Position numbers and translations under genes: made by a program
In this document: positions 1-14,600 of the stretch, piece by piece
Layout: every line of letters begins with the position of its first letter
How positions within the stretch are numbered: the stretch's first letter is position 1
Source: Octopus vulgaris
Lineage: Eukaryota
DNA: 64,000 nt
Direction: 5' to 3'
Assembly (NCBI GenBank): GCA_951406725.2
Contig: OX597816.1
Coordinates: 177,816,001 to 177,880,000, forward strand
The notes under the pieces: model-generated
Told to the model about the DNA's origin: nothing
What the model saw: only the letters and a program-made list of their open reading frames with translations
The model's database searches: none

Positions 1-1
1 C

Positions 2-76
2 ACCCCTAACCCTAACCTAAACCCTAACCCTAACCCTAACACTAACCCAACTCCTAACCCTAACCCAAACCCTAAA
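2..76 (+). repeat. Degenerate (CCCTAA)n telomere-like repeat
   Basis: About 12 imperfect CCCTAA units at the window start, with variants such as cctaaa, actaac and cccaaa. Confidence 0.8.
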
Positions 77-463
77 ACAGATTGAAATGCAAGGGTCATA
101 ATTATGGGTGGACACTAAAGAGGGAACGGTTTTGTTATCCAGCTCTGTTTACGAGTGACCCCTCAGTTTATGGCCACAGGGTATCTTTTTTTCTCATAAA
201 TAACAGGGACAAATTCATATGACACCGAAAATTATTGTTGTTGACAACGCTCCGGAGAAATTGTTTTCATCTTAATAGACGTCATTGATTGCCGAAATGC
301 AAGAAATTAAAGACCAAATAGCTTACGAACTACAGAATATTCTCAAGAAAGCCAAGAGAAAAAGATGTTTTATAAACACATTCTACCAGTATACGAAGCT
401 TAAAAGTGTTTAGTTACAAAGAAATTATTTAAAAAATCTGCCGGTCAAAGCGAAAAGATCCTG
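77..463. mobile_element. Probable non-autonomous repeat arm adjoining the (CCCTAA)n tract
   Basis: Complex sequence between the CCCTAA tract and an (AT)n run; no ORF or second terminus visible in the window. Confidence 0.3.
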
Positions 464-499
464 TATATATATATATATATATAAACTTGTTACCAGTTT

Positions 500-626
500 G
501 AATATGCTTCAAGCGTATTGGAACCCGTAAGAAAGCTATTCACTGTATTTTGTCATGGAGAAAAGTTTCTCGCTCCAAATATAGTGAATGGCTTTCTTAC
601 GGATTCGAATATGATTCAAGCGTATT
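500..626. other. Long imperfect inverted repeat (~52-bp arms)
   Basis: aatatgcttcaagcgtattggaacccgtaagaaagctattcactgtattt pairs with aaatatagtgaatggctttcttacggattcgaatatgattcaagcgtatt; several mismatches are G-U compatible. Confidence 0.75.
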
Positions 627-836
627 TCAACGCTTCCATTCCGCGCGCAATGTTCTGTGTGCGTCTGTATATAAAAGAAATACAAAAGTTGTTAGATAGA
701 TAGATAGATATCTGTAGAGTAAAGAGGAAAACAAAATGACAAAGTAAGTGAGATGAACCGAAACTAAAAACGATCACATAAAAAGAAATACTTTTCATAC
801 TGTTTCTGAGTTAATGAATATATATATATATATATA

Positions 837-996
837 TCACATGATCACGTAACTGACCAGACCATCAGATGTTGTTACACATCGCTGGTCACAATGCGCT
901 TCGCATTGTTTTAGCCTTCAAATGACGCCACCCCGCTGGCTAAGCGAGCAGGCCAACAGAAGAAAGAGTGAGAGAAAGTTGCGGCGAAAGAGTACA
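837..996 (-). mobile_element. SINE 3' fragment related to the 47040-47408 family, with a different tail
   Basis: Shares aagagtgagagaaagttgyggygaaagagtaca with 47224-47256; flanked by (AT)n. Confidence 0.6.
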
Positions 997-1092
997 TATA
1001 TATATATATATGTATATATATATATGTATATATATATATATAAATATATATATATAAATATATATATATACATATATATATATACATATATA

Positions 1093-1291
1093 TATTTCTT
1101 TACTACCCACAAGGGGCTAAACACAGAGGGAACAAAGAAGGACAGACAAAGGGATTAAGTCGATTACATCGACTCCAGTGCGAAATTGGTACTTTATTTA
1201 TCGACCCCGAAAGGATGAAAGGCAAAGTCGACCTCGAATTTGAACTCAGAACGTAACCGCAGACGAAATACCGCTAAGCATTTCTCCCGGC

Positions 1292-1295
<4 letters not shown>
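1093..1295 (-). mobile_element. tRNA-derived SINE family B (Deu/Nin-like central domain), 5'-truncated
   Basis: Minus strand has B-box gagttcaaat and gcctttcatcctttcggggtcgataaa...gtacc; matches other copies in the window. Confidence 0.8.
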
Positions 1296-1366
<71 letters not shown>

Positions 1367-1405
1367 CGTATTTAATAACACACACACACACACATATATA
1401 TATAC

Positions 1406-1454
<49 letters not shown>

Positions 1455-1466
1455 TATGTATGTATG

Positions 1467-1505
<39 letters not shown>

Positions 1506-1625
1506 CATATATATTTACGCGTGCAGGTATTCTAGTCAGTATTAAAATTGCACTGAAACGTTAAATAATTGGATGTTATCACTAGTATTTATCACCCAGT
1601 CAAATGACCTTGACTCCTATTTTAC

Positions 1626-1716
1626 CTGGATGCCATTTAGAGATGCTATCTTGATGAAGAAGCAAACAGGCTTCTAGTGGCGATGAGTGACATGGTTTTC
1701 TTATAATATCTACCAT
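1626..1716 (-). other. Possible short host exon (MVDIIRKPCHSSPLEACLLLHQDSISKWHP, then CAG|GTAAAA donor)
   Basis: Unique non-repetitive sequence; ATG-initiated frame ends at a plausible donor; no homology recognised. Confidence 0.15.
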
Positions 1717-2152
1717 ATGTTCTGACGGGTTTCAACGAACAAATATAACAGCTAGGAATAGAGATTTGCTGAGAACTGCTTCTATCACGAGGCAATAGAG
1801 TCAGATAAACTTTTCACGACTGGCCGCTATATTGCCAGTCTCTCTTACTTTTTAGACGCGATGCTGTTAGACAACAAGTTGGCACCAGATAGCGTACCAA
1901 CTCTTGAAACAGACTGCAGACCACACGCACAAATATCAGACGTATTTCTTAACTGACCTAATTTTTCTTCAAATACTTTTATCATACGGAATCCATGTCC
2001 TTCATATTTAATAGTCTGTCGCAAGCGTAAAAACAAAAACAGAAAAACAAGTTTGAGATATTCCTTTTCTCTCTCCGTGTTTCTCTCTTCCTCTCCTCCT
2101 CTCTCTCTCTCTTCCTCACCACCGCTCCATCACACACTCACACGTACGCGCG

Positions 2153-2193
<41 letters not shown>

Positions 2194-2875
2194 ACACACA
2201 CACACTCTCTCTCTCTCTCTCTCTTTCTTTCTCTCTCTAGATATAAAATTGACATTTAAAAGAATTAAGGAAAAAGATTTTCTGTTCACGAAGTTTATTT
2301 TTTTTCTTTAACAACTTTTTGTAATCTTATTTTTCATATATTCGAGCTACGTTTAAACAGTGTTGTAGTGATATGCTAATTATAATATGAATATATTTTA
2401 AACACTTTATTTAATATATATTTTATGTGTGAGTGAGTGGGTGTGTTTGTGTGTCTGTGTGCGTGCGTGTGTGTGTGTTCGCGTGCGTGAGCATACACAC
2501 ACATATATATATGAACAAACGTAGTCGTCAAGTTGCAGTAAGACAAGTTAATTAAGATGAATGATCGAATAATTAGTTAGGATAAGTAAAAAAAAAAATT
2601 CTCATTAAAACTAACCACCATAGATTAAAGCGGTTAAAAACACTCCATGAAAAATGAACATAAAGATTACTTCAATTTCATTTAACACACACGAGTAAGT
2701 GTTTGTGCCTCTGAGTGTGTATGTGTGTATATGTGTTTAAAAGTGTATGTGTGCAGTGCATATAGATGTATGTGCGCGTGCAAAAGAGAAATATGTATGT
2801 GAGAATATCATTTTTAAACACATATGCACACACACAGAGAGAGTCAGAGAAACATGTATACATACTCTTACTCTT

Positions 2876-3282
2876 TACTCTTTTACTCTTTTACTTGTTT
2901 CAGTCATTTGACTGCGGCCATGCTGGAGCACCGCCCTTAGTCGATCAAATCGACCCAGGGACTTATTCTTTGTTAGCCCAGTACTTATTCGATCGGTCTG
3001 TTTTGCCGAACCGCTAGGTGACGGGGACGTAAACACACCAGCATCGGTTGTCAAGCAATGCTAGGGGGACAAACACAGACACACAAACATATACACACAC
3101 ATACATACATATATATATATACATATATACGACAGGCTTCTTTCAGTTTCCGTCAACCAAATCCACTCACAAAGCATTGGTCGGCCCGAGGCTATAGCAG
3201 AAGACACTTGCCCAAGATGCCACGCAGTGGGACTGAACCCAGAACCATGTGGTTGGTAGGCAAGCTACTTACCACACAGCCA
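2876..3282 (-). mobile_element. tRNA-derived SINE family A (octopus OR/OK-type, tentative)
   Basis: Minus strand starts tggctgtgtggtaag (A-box) ... ggttcagtccc (B-box); internal (CA/TA)n; near-identical to 51780-52181. Confidence 0.85.
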
Positions 3283-3299
3283 TATATATATATTAATTA

Positions 3300-3536
3300 T
3301 GAAGGCTACTAGAGATAGCACCAACATGCTAAAATAGCAGTCAGAAACGACTTATGACTACAAATTTTCACAAAGGAGAAATCGGGAAAATGGGCAAAAA
3401 AACCATAAGACGCCATACAAATAACGAAAAAGATCGTAAATTGAAAAGCTTTTCAATTTATTAGTGAAAATTTGAGGTCATAAATCGTTTCTGACTGCTA
3501 TTTTAGCATGCTGGTGTCTATCTCTAGTAGCCTTCA
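3300..3536. mobile_element. MITE with ~75-bp TIRs and TTA target-site duplication (PIF/Harbinger, Tourist-like)
   Basis: tgaaggctactagagatagcacc...aaattttcac is inverted as gtgaaaattt...ggtgtctatctctagtagccttca; TTA at 3297-3299 and 3537-3539. Confidence 0.7.
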
Positions 3537-3541
3537 TTATT

Positions 3542-3940
3542 CTTTTCTACTGAAGGCACAAGGCCCCAAATTTTGGAGGAGGGGGCCAGTCGATTAGATC
3601 GACCTCAGTACGCAACTGGTACTTAATTTATCGACCTCAAAAAAGGATGAAAGGCAAAGTCGACCTCGGCGGAATTTGAACTCAGAACGTAACAGCAGAC
3701 GAAATACCTATTTCTTTATTACCCACAAGGGGCTAAATATGGAGGGGACAAATAAGGACAGACAAACGGATTAAGTCGATTACATCGACCCCAGTGCGTA
3801 ACTGGTACTTAATTTATCGACCCCGAAAGGATGAAAGGCAAAGTCGACCTCGGTGGGATTTGAACTCACAACGTAACGGTAGACGAAATACGGCTACGCA
3901 TTTCGCCCGGCGTGCTAACGATTCTGCCAGCTCGCCGCCT
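3542..3940 (-). mobile_element. Dimeric SINE family B
   Basis: Full head ggcggcgagctggcagaatcg + core + tail 1, then a second B-box/core + tail 2; same junction at 55361-55740. Confidence 0.85.
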
Positions 3941-4029
3941 CAGTATCGTTTATAATTTATTAATAATTATTTACATTTATGGTTTTTTATGCATGCTAAG
4001 CCACTTATATATATATATATATATATATA

Positions 4030-4415
4030 TTCTTTTATTCTTTTGCTTGCTTCAGTCATTTGACTGCGGCCATGCTGGAGCACCGCCTTTAGTCGAACAA
4101 ATCGACCCCAGGACTTATTCATTGTAAGCTTTATACTTATTCTACCGTTCTCGTTTACTGAACCGCTGTATTACAGGGACGTAAGCACACCAACGTCAGC
4201 TGTCAAGCGATGGGGGGGGGGGTACAAACACAGACACACAAATACATACATACATACATACATATATAAATATATATATATATACACGACGGCTTCTTTC
4301 AGTTTCCGTTCACCAGATCCACTCACAAGGCATTGGTCGGCCCCAGGCACTTGTCCAAGGTTCCACGCAGTGGGGGTACTGGACTCGGAACCATGTGGTT
4401 GCGAACCAAGCTCCC
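4030..4415 (-). mobile_element. SINE family A, diverged
   Basis: Aligns by eye to 2876-3282 with deletions. Confidence 0.8.
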
Positions 4416-4416
4416 G

Positions 4417-6380
<1,964 letters not shown>

Positions 6381-6387
6381 ATAGTAT

Positions 6388-6470
<83 letters not shown>

Positions 6471-6624
6471 CTTGAGATAGACACTTGTATTCTGCATATT
6501 CATTTGTTTGACTGTTCATGTTTGTGTGTGTGTGTGTGTACCTTTGTCTCTTTGTGGGCGCATGTTTTAGTGTGTCTATGTGATTGGTTTTGAATAACTG
6601 TGCATGCTTGAATAAAATGCGGAT

Positions 6625-6822
6625 GCCTAGTTCACCAAGTTGCCTCCATGCTGGTCTTTGGCCTGTTGGCAGAGCATGGAGGACTGTTTTTTTTTGTTGT
6701 CATATTGTCTCAAATATTCATTCAGCCTCCCCGCAATGATTCTAGAGGTTTCACTTATGTATATCATGTTCTTGTCTTTACAAGTACCCTCTATGCACTT
6801 TATGCGTAGACTACATTTCTAG
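6625..6822 (-). mobile_element. Decayed PLE GIY-YIG endonuclease fragment
   Basis: Frameshifted minus-strand translation RNVVY/IKCIEGTCKDKNMIYISETSRIIAGRLNEYLRQY. Confidence 0.6.
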
Positions 6823-6930
6823 TTCTTTATACATATATATAAAGTTAATCCAAACATGAAAACACAAAGAGAAAACACGTGGAACAAGTATAGTATTATT
6901 GGACGCTCAGGAAAGAAGGAAAGAAGGAGG

Positions 6931-6965
6931 GGTTAACGTTCCGAGCGGAGCTCTTCGTCGGAAAC
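6931..6965 (-). ncRNA. Minimal hammerhead motif family 3 (CCGACGA core; GAAA mutated to GGAA)
   Basis: gttt-CCGACGA-a gagc tcc gctc-GGAA-cg-TT-aacc. Confidence 0.55.
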
Positions 6966-7104
6966 ATAGGAAAAGAAAAGAGCCAAAGAAGGGAAGACGG
7001 AGGGAAAAAAATCGCCAACGGTACACACGAGGTCACATTTTGAATGACTGGAAGGGAATGGGTGAAGTAAATGTTTTTTCACAGACAGGAGAGTGCAAGA
7101 GGAG

Positions 7105-7194
7105 GTATGCGTGTGTAAGTGTAGATATGTGCGTGCGTGCAGGTCTGCGTGTGCGCGTGTGTGTATGTGTGTTTGTGTGCAATGATAGCACGTG

Positions 7195-7227
<33 letters not shown>

Positions 7228-8490
7228 TTGTGTGTGTGTGGTTGGGCTCAGTATCGTTTAAGTTCAAGGAAGAATGAAGTAGGAGTGGCTCTTGTGTCTA
7301 TCTACCCATAGTCGGTGAAAGGTACTGGTAGTTTGAAGTATGTGTGTGTGTGTGCGTACGTATATGTATTGTGTGTGTGTTTTGTTTGTAGTGTATGTGT
7401 GTGTATGCGTAGAGGTTGTGTGTGTGGGGAATAACTGTGCTTTAATTTGTGTATGTGTGCATGTGTGCTTGTATGTGCGTATGTGTGTATACATGTATGT
7501 ATAATTGTGTGCGTGTATGTATGAGTGTGCGCTGTGTGTATGGGAGGTATGTGTGGGTTCATTTGTGTGTGTGTGTGTGTATGTGCGTACGTGTCATATG
7601 TGCGCGTAGTTGTGTGCGCGTGTATATGTGCATGTGTATGTGTGTACATGTATGCGTATGTAGGTGTATATACGTGTATCCGTGGGGTTGTGAGTGTTAG
7701 GTGTGTGCATTTGTGTGCGTGTGTGCGCATGTTTGTGTGTGCGTGTGTGCGCATGTTTGTGTGTGCGTGTGTGTGTGTGTGTGCGTGTGTATGCATATAT
7801 TGTGTGTGTACGTATATGTATAGGTGTGTATGTGAATTTGTGTATGCGTGTGTGTGGGGGGTGGTTGTGGGGTTTGTGTAGGCGTAATGTGTGTGCATAT
7901 GTTTGTGTGCGTGTGTGTGCTTACGTGCGTGATGCGTGTAAGTGCGCGTGTGTCTGTGCCCATGTGTGTATAATTGTGTGCGTGTCTGTATGAGTATTGT
8001 TTGTTGGAGGTAAATGTACGAACCTGTGCAGGTGTGCGTGTGTATGTACGTGTGTATATGTGTGTGTGCGTGTATTATGTGCGTATGTATGTGCGTGTGT
8101 GTATGTGCATGTGTGCATGTGCGTATGTGCGTGCGTGTGTATATGTGTGTATGAACATGGAGATGTGTGTCAGGTTGTGTGCATTTTGTTGTGTGTACGC
8201 GCGTGTGCTTGAGTATGTGCGTGTATGTGGTTGTGTGTACGTTTATATGTGTGTGTGTGTCTAAAGGTAAGTGTGTCTGTGTGTGCGTGGGGTTGTATGG
8301 GATAGGTTTCTGAGCATTCCTGTGTGTGCGTATATGTGGGGTGTGTATATGTGTATGTATGCGTGTGTGTATGTGATTGGAAGTATATGTGTGTATATGT
8401 GCATGTACGTATGTTGTATGTGTGTGGTGTGTGGGAGGTATATGTGTGTTCGTGGATACGTGAGTATGTGTGTGTATGTGTTCGTGTATA
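7105..8490. repeat. Degenerate (GT/AT/GC) low-complexity tract
   Basis: ~1.4 kb of scrambled TG-rich dinucleotide repeats. Confidence 0.85.
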
Positions 8491-9383
8491 AAAACAATAA
8501 TTTATAAAAACAATAAATTATAAACAATAAAAAAAACAAAAAATTATAAAAACAATAAGATGTAAGGAAGTTGATCCAATATAAAAGAAAGAAGAAATAA
8601 AGTTGCTTGTTGCGGGAGGTGTAGGGGCAGTCTCTAAGAGGGAGGGGCTGCGTTAAGTCCGTGCGGGATATTAGTCCGTAAACTGAATATATAGCGCTGT
8701 TCCAAGTGAAGCCTGGATTGTGGCGATCCATTGTGTAGGACGAGACCAAACACAGAGATGTTAGAGGGGGAATGGTTGGCCAAGCGGAAGTGACGGGCGA
8801 CGGGAAATGTTGGAACGTAGCCGAACACCCCTTAGATGTTCGGTGAACTGGTCGGCCAGTCGGCGGCCCGTCTGACCTACATAAAGCATCCCACAGAAGA
8901 TGCATTTAATGCAGTAGATGAGGCCAGATGAAGTGCAAGTAAAGGAATGTCTAATAAGTACAGTTTGTTGGTTGGAACCAGTGATAGAAGTGGTGTTGGT
9001 GATGAAGGGACAAGTGTTGCAGCGGGATCTGGAGCACGGGAAGGATCCATGTGGGGCTGAGGGGGAGAGGAGAAGGTGCTACGGACCAGGAGATCGCGTA
9101 GGTTCCGGGCTCGTTTGAAGGACGACAAGGGTGGGTTGGGGAATGTGGGGTGGGTGGTGGGATCGAGTTGGGGACGACGGAAGGCCCGTAGTATCCGACG
9201 ACGACGGAGTAAAGTGGAGTGGTGGAAAAGGAGGGGAAAGGGGGTGCGGTTAGGGGGTTGGTGAGAGGAAGGAGAAAGGGCGGTGGTGCGGTCGATTCGA
9301 CGAGCGCGGGCAAGTGCGTTCTGGACCAGGGTTGGTAGGGGTATCCTCGATGCCTGAACAGGCGGGCCAGGTACTGTGACTGG

Positions 9384-9414
<31 letters not shown>

Positions 9415-9477
9415 TGTATGTATGTATGTATGTATGTATGTATGTATGTATGTATTATGTATGTATATATACATGTG

Positions 9478-9597
9478 TGTGTGTCCCATCACTGCTTGAC
9501 AGCCGGCGTCGGTGTATTTACATCCCCTTAAACTTGCGGTTCGGCAAAAGATACCGATAGGATAAGTACCAGGCTTTAAACGTACTGGAGTCGATTA
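9478..9597 (+). mobile_element. SINE family A 3' fragment
   Basis: Matches 10960-11090 by eye. Confidence 0.6.
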
Positions 9598-9934
9598 TAT
9601 ATTCATACATACATACATATATGTATGCATGCATGTATGTATATGTATATACATGTATATATTTGTATAAACACACGCATACACAAAGAGAATTAGAAAC
9701 GCATATTTTTAGTGTCGTGACCCCACTCGAAAAATAATTTAATAAGTTAATACAACATTTGTGGTAAAAAGAATAAGCATTGTGATACTCCTCAGAGACG
9801 CAAATTAATTAACTGAGCTTAAGCTGTGAGGAGTCAATAAGATATTTAGAACAACTCCGAATATGTTTCGTTCATATTGGACCTTTTCAGCAAAGCATTA
9901 TTGTTTGTACATATCGGACTTTAGAGTATCTAAG

Positions 9935-10620
9935 AATCTCTCTCTATATAAACGGCAGTTTGTCTGTCTGTGTGTTTTTGTGTCTGTCAGGTTGTACCCT
10001 CACCCTGACCACGGCTTTCAACCGATTCTGATGAAACTTGACACACACATAGCCCAATATTATAATTCAAAACTAACGCAGCGAAAATTTTGAAAAGTTC
10101 CCCCAGTTCTGAAAAAATCGATAAATACGACATGGGGTCGAACATCTAAGCTTTTTATATGCAACACATTTTCTGTCGTAGTTTTCGCAACTTGCAATCG
10201 ATTTTCACCAAACTCATGGTGAAGCTTAATGTTACCCTAAGAGACTTAATTCTGACGTTAGTTTTCCATGCAATACCTTACCATCAGAAAAAATCGATAA
10301 AATCGATAAAATCATGCCATTTTGGGAAATCGCGTTCAAATTCAAGATGACATATTTTCGACAATATCTTTCACAAATTGGCAGGAATTTTTTTTTAAAT
10401 TCACAGCGAGCATCATGTCTGCTCCAAGGAGCTATATGGCCCTTTTTATTTCAATAGGATATTTTATTATGCCTGCTGTAGAAACAACATATAGTAAAGT
10501 GGGAACTAAAGTAGTTAAAGAATTAAATCTCTGCAAAATACTTAATCAATTAAAGTTACATGACAATCGTATTCCGAGACTTTGATCTATATTTTGCGCA
10601 TGAATACAGGACAAAATGTT
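9935..10620 (+). mobile_element. Non-autonomous Helitron-like (DINE-1/Lep1-type) element, 5' part
   Basis: atctctctctatataaa start, (GTCT)n, accgattctgatgaaactt motif repeated internally; same 5' architecture as the minus-strand element ending at 59437; right boundary uncertain. Confidence 0.55.
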
Positions 10621-10718
10621 GCTTGATGTTTGCGATTCTATTGCGTTATGAGCAGAGCCTGGAGCAGAAATGTTTTCAGTTTGAATAAAGGTATTCATAG
10701 AATTTGAAATCTGTCTGA

Positions 10719-11135
10719 GGCTGTGTGGTAAGAAACTTGCTTCCCAACCATATAGTTCCGGGAGGTGTCTTCTACTATAGCCTCGAGCCGAACAAAGCCT
10801 TGTGAGTGGATTTAGTAGATAGAAACTGAAAGAAGCCCGTCGTATATATATATTTATATATATATATATGTATTTATATATATATATATATATATATATA
10901 CATACATGGATGTATGTATGTGTATGAGCGTGCGTATGTGTGTGTCCTTGTGTCTGTGTTTGTCTCCCATCACCGCTTGACGACCGGTGTTGGTATATTT
11001 ACATCCCCGTAACTTAGCGATTCGGCAAAATAGGTCGATAGAATAAGTACTAGACTTAAAAAGAAAGTCCTGGGCTCTATTTGTTCGACTAGAATCCTTC
11101 AAGGCGATAGTCAAATCATTGAAACAAGAGGAAGA
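10719..11135 (+). mobile_element. SINE family A
   Basis: ggctgtgtggtaagaaacttgcttcccaacc head, internal (TA)n, family tail. Confidence 0.8.
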
Positions 11136-11145
11136 ATAAAAGAAT

Positions 11146-11510
11146 TTATTCTTTTACTTGTTTCAGTAATCTGACTGTGGCCATGCAGGAGTACGGCCTT
11201 TAGTCGAACAAAACAACCTCAGGACTTATTCTTTGTAAGCTTAGTACTTATTCTATCGGTCTCTTTTGCTGAACCGCTAGGTTACGGGAACGTAAACACA
11301 CCAACAATAAAGGTCAAGCGATGATGGGGGGGGGAAAAACAGATGCAGAAACATATGTACATATATATACGATGGGCTTCTTTTAGTTTCCGTCTACCAA
11401 ATCTACGCACAATGATTTCGTCGGCCCCAGGCTATAGTAGAAGACATTTGTCCAAGGTGTCACACAGTGGGACTGAACACGGAAACATGTGGTCGGGAAG
11501 CAAGCTTCTT
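11146..11510 (-). mobile_element. SINE family A lacking its extreme 5' end
   Basis: Homology stops at caagcttctt; the usual accacacagccac end is absent. Confidence 0.8.
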
Positions 11511-11642
11511 TATTTCATTTAATTGGCCACAAGGGATTTACACAGAAAGGAAGTCTCGGGCTGGACACACACACATAATGATATGAATGACAAATGAAAT
11601 GGGGGAAAATGAGGGCAACAGCAACGCCCGCCGATTACTGTA

Positions 11643-14600
11643 TTACCAAACAGCCACCTCTGTGGCTTCTTACCAAACAACCACCTCTGTGGCTTCTTAC
11701 CAAACAGCCACCTCTGTGGCTTCTTACCACACAGCCACCTCTGTGGCTTCTTATCACACAGCAACCTCTGTGGCTTCTTGCCAAACAACCACCTCTATGG
11801 CTTCCTACCACACAGCCACCTCTGTGGATTCTTACCAAACAGCCACCTCTGTGGCTTCTTACCACACAGCCACCTCTTTGGATTCTTACCAAACAGCCAC
11901 CTCTGTGGTTTCTTACCACACAGCCACATCTGTGGCATCTTATCACACAGCCACATCTGTGGCTTCTTACCAAACAGCCACCTCTGTCGCTTCTTACCAC
12001 ACAGCCACCTCTGTGGCATCTTATCACACAGCCACATCTGTGGATTCTTACCAAACAGCCACCTCTGTCGCTTCTTACCACACAGCCACCTCTGTGGCTT
12101 CTTAACAAACAGCCACCTCTGTGGCTTCTTACCAAACAGCCACCTCTGTGGCTTCTTACCAAACAGCCACCTCTGTGGCTTCTTACCACACACCCACCTC
12201 TGTGGCTTCTTACCAAACAGCCACCTCTGTGGCTTCTTACCAAACAGCCACCTCTGTGGCTTCTTACCAAACAGCCACCTCTGTGGCTTCTTACCAAACA
12301 GCCACCTCTGTGGCTTCTTACCAAACAGCCACCTCTGTGGCTTCTTACCAGACAACCACCTCTGTGGCGTCTTACCACACAGCCACCTCTGTGGATTCTT
12401 ACCAAAAAGCAACATCTGTGGCTTCTTACCAAAGAGTCACCTCTGTAGCTTCTTACCAAACAGCCACCTCTATGGCTTCATAGCAAACAGCCACCTCTGT
12501 GGATTCTTACCACACAGCCACCTCCGTGGCTTCTTACCACAAAGCCACCTCTGTGGCTTCTTACCAAACATACACCTCTGTGGCCTCTTACCACACAGCC
12601 ACCTCTGTGGATTCTTACCACACAGCTACCTCTGTGGATTCTTACCAAACAACTACCTCTGTGGCTTCTTACCAAACAGCCACCTCTGTGGCTTCTTACC
12701 AAACAGCCACCTCTGTGGTTCTTACCAAACAGCCACCTCTGTGGCTTCTTACCAAACAACCACCTCTGTGGCTTCTTACCACACAGCCACCTCTGTGGCT
12801 TCTTAACAAACAGACACCTCTGTGGCTCCTACCAAACAGCCACCTCTGTGGCTTCTTACCACCAGCCACCTCTGTGGCTTCTTACAACACAGCCACCTCT
12901 GTGGCCTCTTACCAAACAGCCACCTCTGTGGATTCTTAACACACAGCCACCTCTGTGGCTTATTACAAACAGCCACCTCTGTGGCTTCTTACCACACAGC
13001 CACCTCTGTGGCTTCTTACCAAACAGCCACCTCTGTGGCTTCTTACCACAAGCCACGTCTGTGGCTTCTACCACACAGCCACCTCTCCAGTGGCTCCTCT
13101 CACCAAACATCCACCTCTGTGACTTCTTACCAAACAACCACCTCTGTGGCTTCTTACCACACAGCCACCTCTGTGGGCTCTTACCAAACAGCCACCTCTG
13201 TGGCTTCTTAACAAACCGCCTCCTCTGTGGCTTCTTACCACACAGCCACCTCTGTGGCTTCTTACCACACAGCCACCTCTGTGGCTTCTTACCACACAGC
13301 CACCTCTGTGGCTTCTTTCCACACAGCCACCTCTGTGGATTCTTTCCACGCAGCCACCTCTGTGGCTTCTTACCAAACAGCCACCTCTGTGTCTTCTTAC
13401 CACACAGCCACCTCTGTGGCTTCTTTCCACACAGCCACCTAAGTGGCTTTTTAACAAATAACCACCTCTGTGGCTTCTTACCACACAGCCACCTCTGTTG
13501 GTTCTTACTAAACAGCCACCTCTGTGGCCTCTTACCAAACATCCACCTCTGTGGTTTCTTACCACACAGCCACTTCTGTGGCTTCTTACCAAACAACCAC
13601 CTCTGTGGCTCTTACCAAACAGCCACCTCTGTGGATTCTAACCACACAGCCACCTCTGTGGCTTCTTAACAAACAGCACCTCTGTGGCTTCTTACCAAAC
13701 AGCCACCTCTGTGGCTTCTTACCAAACAGCCACCTCTGTGGCTTCTTACCAACACCACTCTGTGCTTCTTACAAACAGCCACCTCTGTGGCTTCTTACCA
13801 AACAGCCACCTCTGTGACTTCTTACCAAACAGACACCTCTGTGGGTTCTTACTAAAAAGCCACCTCTGTGGCTTCTTACCAAACAGCCACCTCTGCGGCT
13901 TCTTACCAAACAGCCACCTCTGTGAAACAGCCACCTCTATGGCTTCTTACCAAACAGCCACCTCTGTGGGTTCTTACCAAACAGCCACCTCTGTGGCTTC
14001 TTACCACACAGCCACCTCTGTGTATTCTTACCAAAAAGCCACGTCTGTGGCTTCTTACCAAACAGACACCTCTGTTGCATCTTACCAAACAGCCACCTCT
14101 GTGGGTTCTTAACACAGCCACCTCTGTGGCTTCTCAAAAAACAGACACCTCTGTGGCTTCTTAACAAACAGACACCTCTGTGGCCTCTTACCAAACAGCT
14201 ACTTCTGTGGCTTCTTACCACACAGCCACCTCTGTGGCTTCATACCAAACAGCCACCTCTGTGGCTTCTTACCAGACAGCCACCTCTGTGGCTTCTTACC
14301 ACACAGCCACCTCTGTGGCTTCTTACCACACACCCACCTCTGTGGCTTCTTTCCAAAATGCCACCTCTGTGGCTTCTTACCACACAGGCAACTCTGTGGC
14401 TTCTTACCACACAGCCACATCTGTGGCTTCTTAACACACAGCAACCTCTGTGGCTTCTTACCACACAGCCACCTCTGTGGCTTCTTACCAAAGAGCCACC
14501 TCTGTGGCTTCTTACCAAAGAGCCACCTCCGTGATTTCTTACCAAACGACCACCTCTGTGGCTTCTTACCACACAGCCACCTCTGTTGGTTCTTACTAAA

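Larger units (their letters stand above)
6838..9385 (-). mobile_element. 5'-truncated Penelope-like element (Neptune-like Cys linker + GIY-YIG) with low-complexity 3' region and HHR-bearing end
   Basis: SSFKRARNLRDLLVRS, then frameshifted FPCSRSRCNTCPF...LIYCIKCIFCGMLYVGQTGRRLADQFTEH; 6841-7020 matches 62692-62853. Confidence 0.8.

Noticed and set aside
918-1535. YI/HT/CV-repeat ORFs here and throughout the window
   Set aside because: Translations of dinucleotide microsatellites
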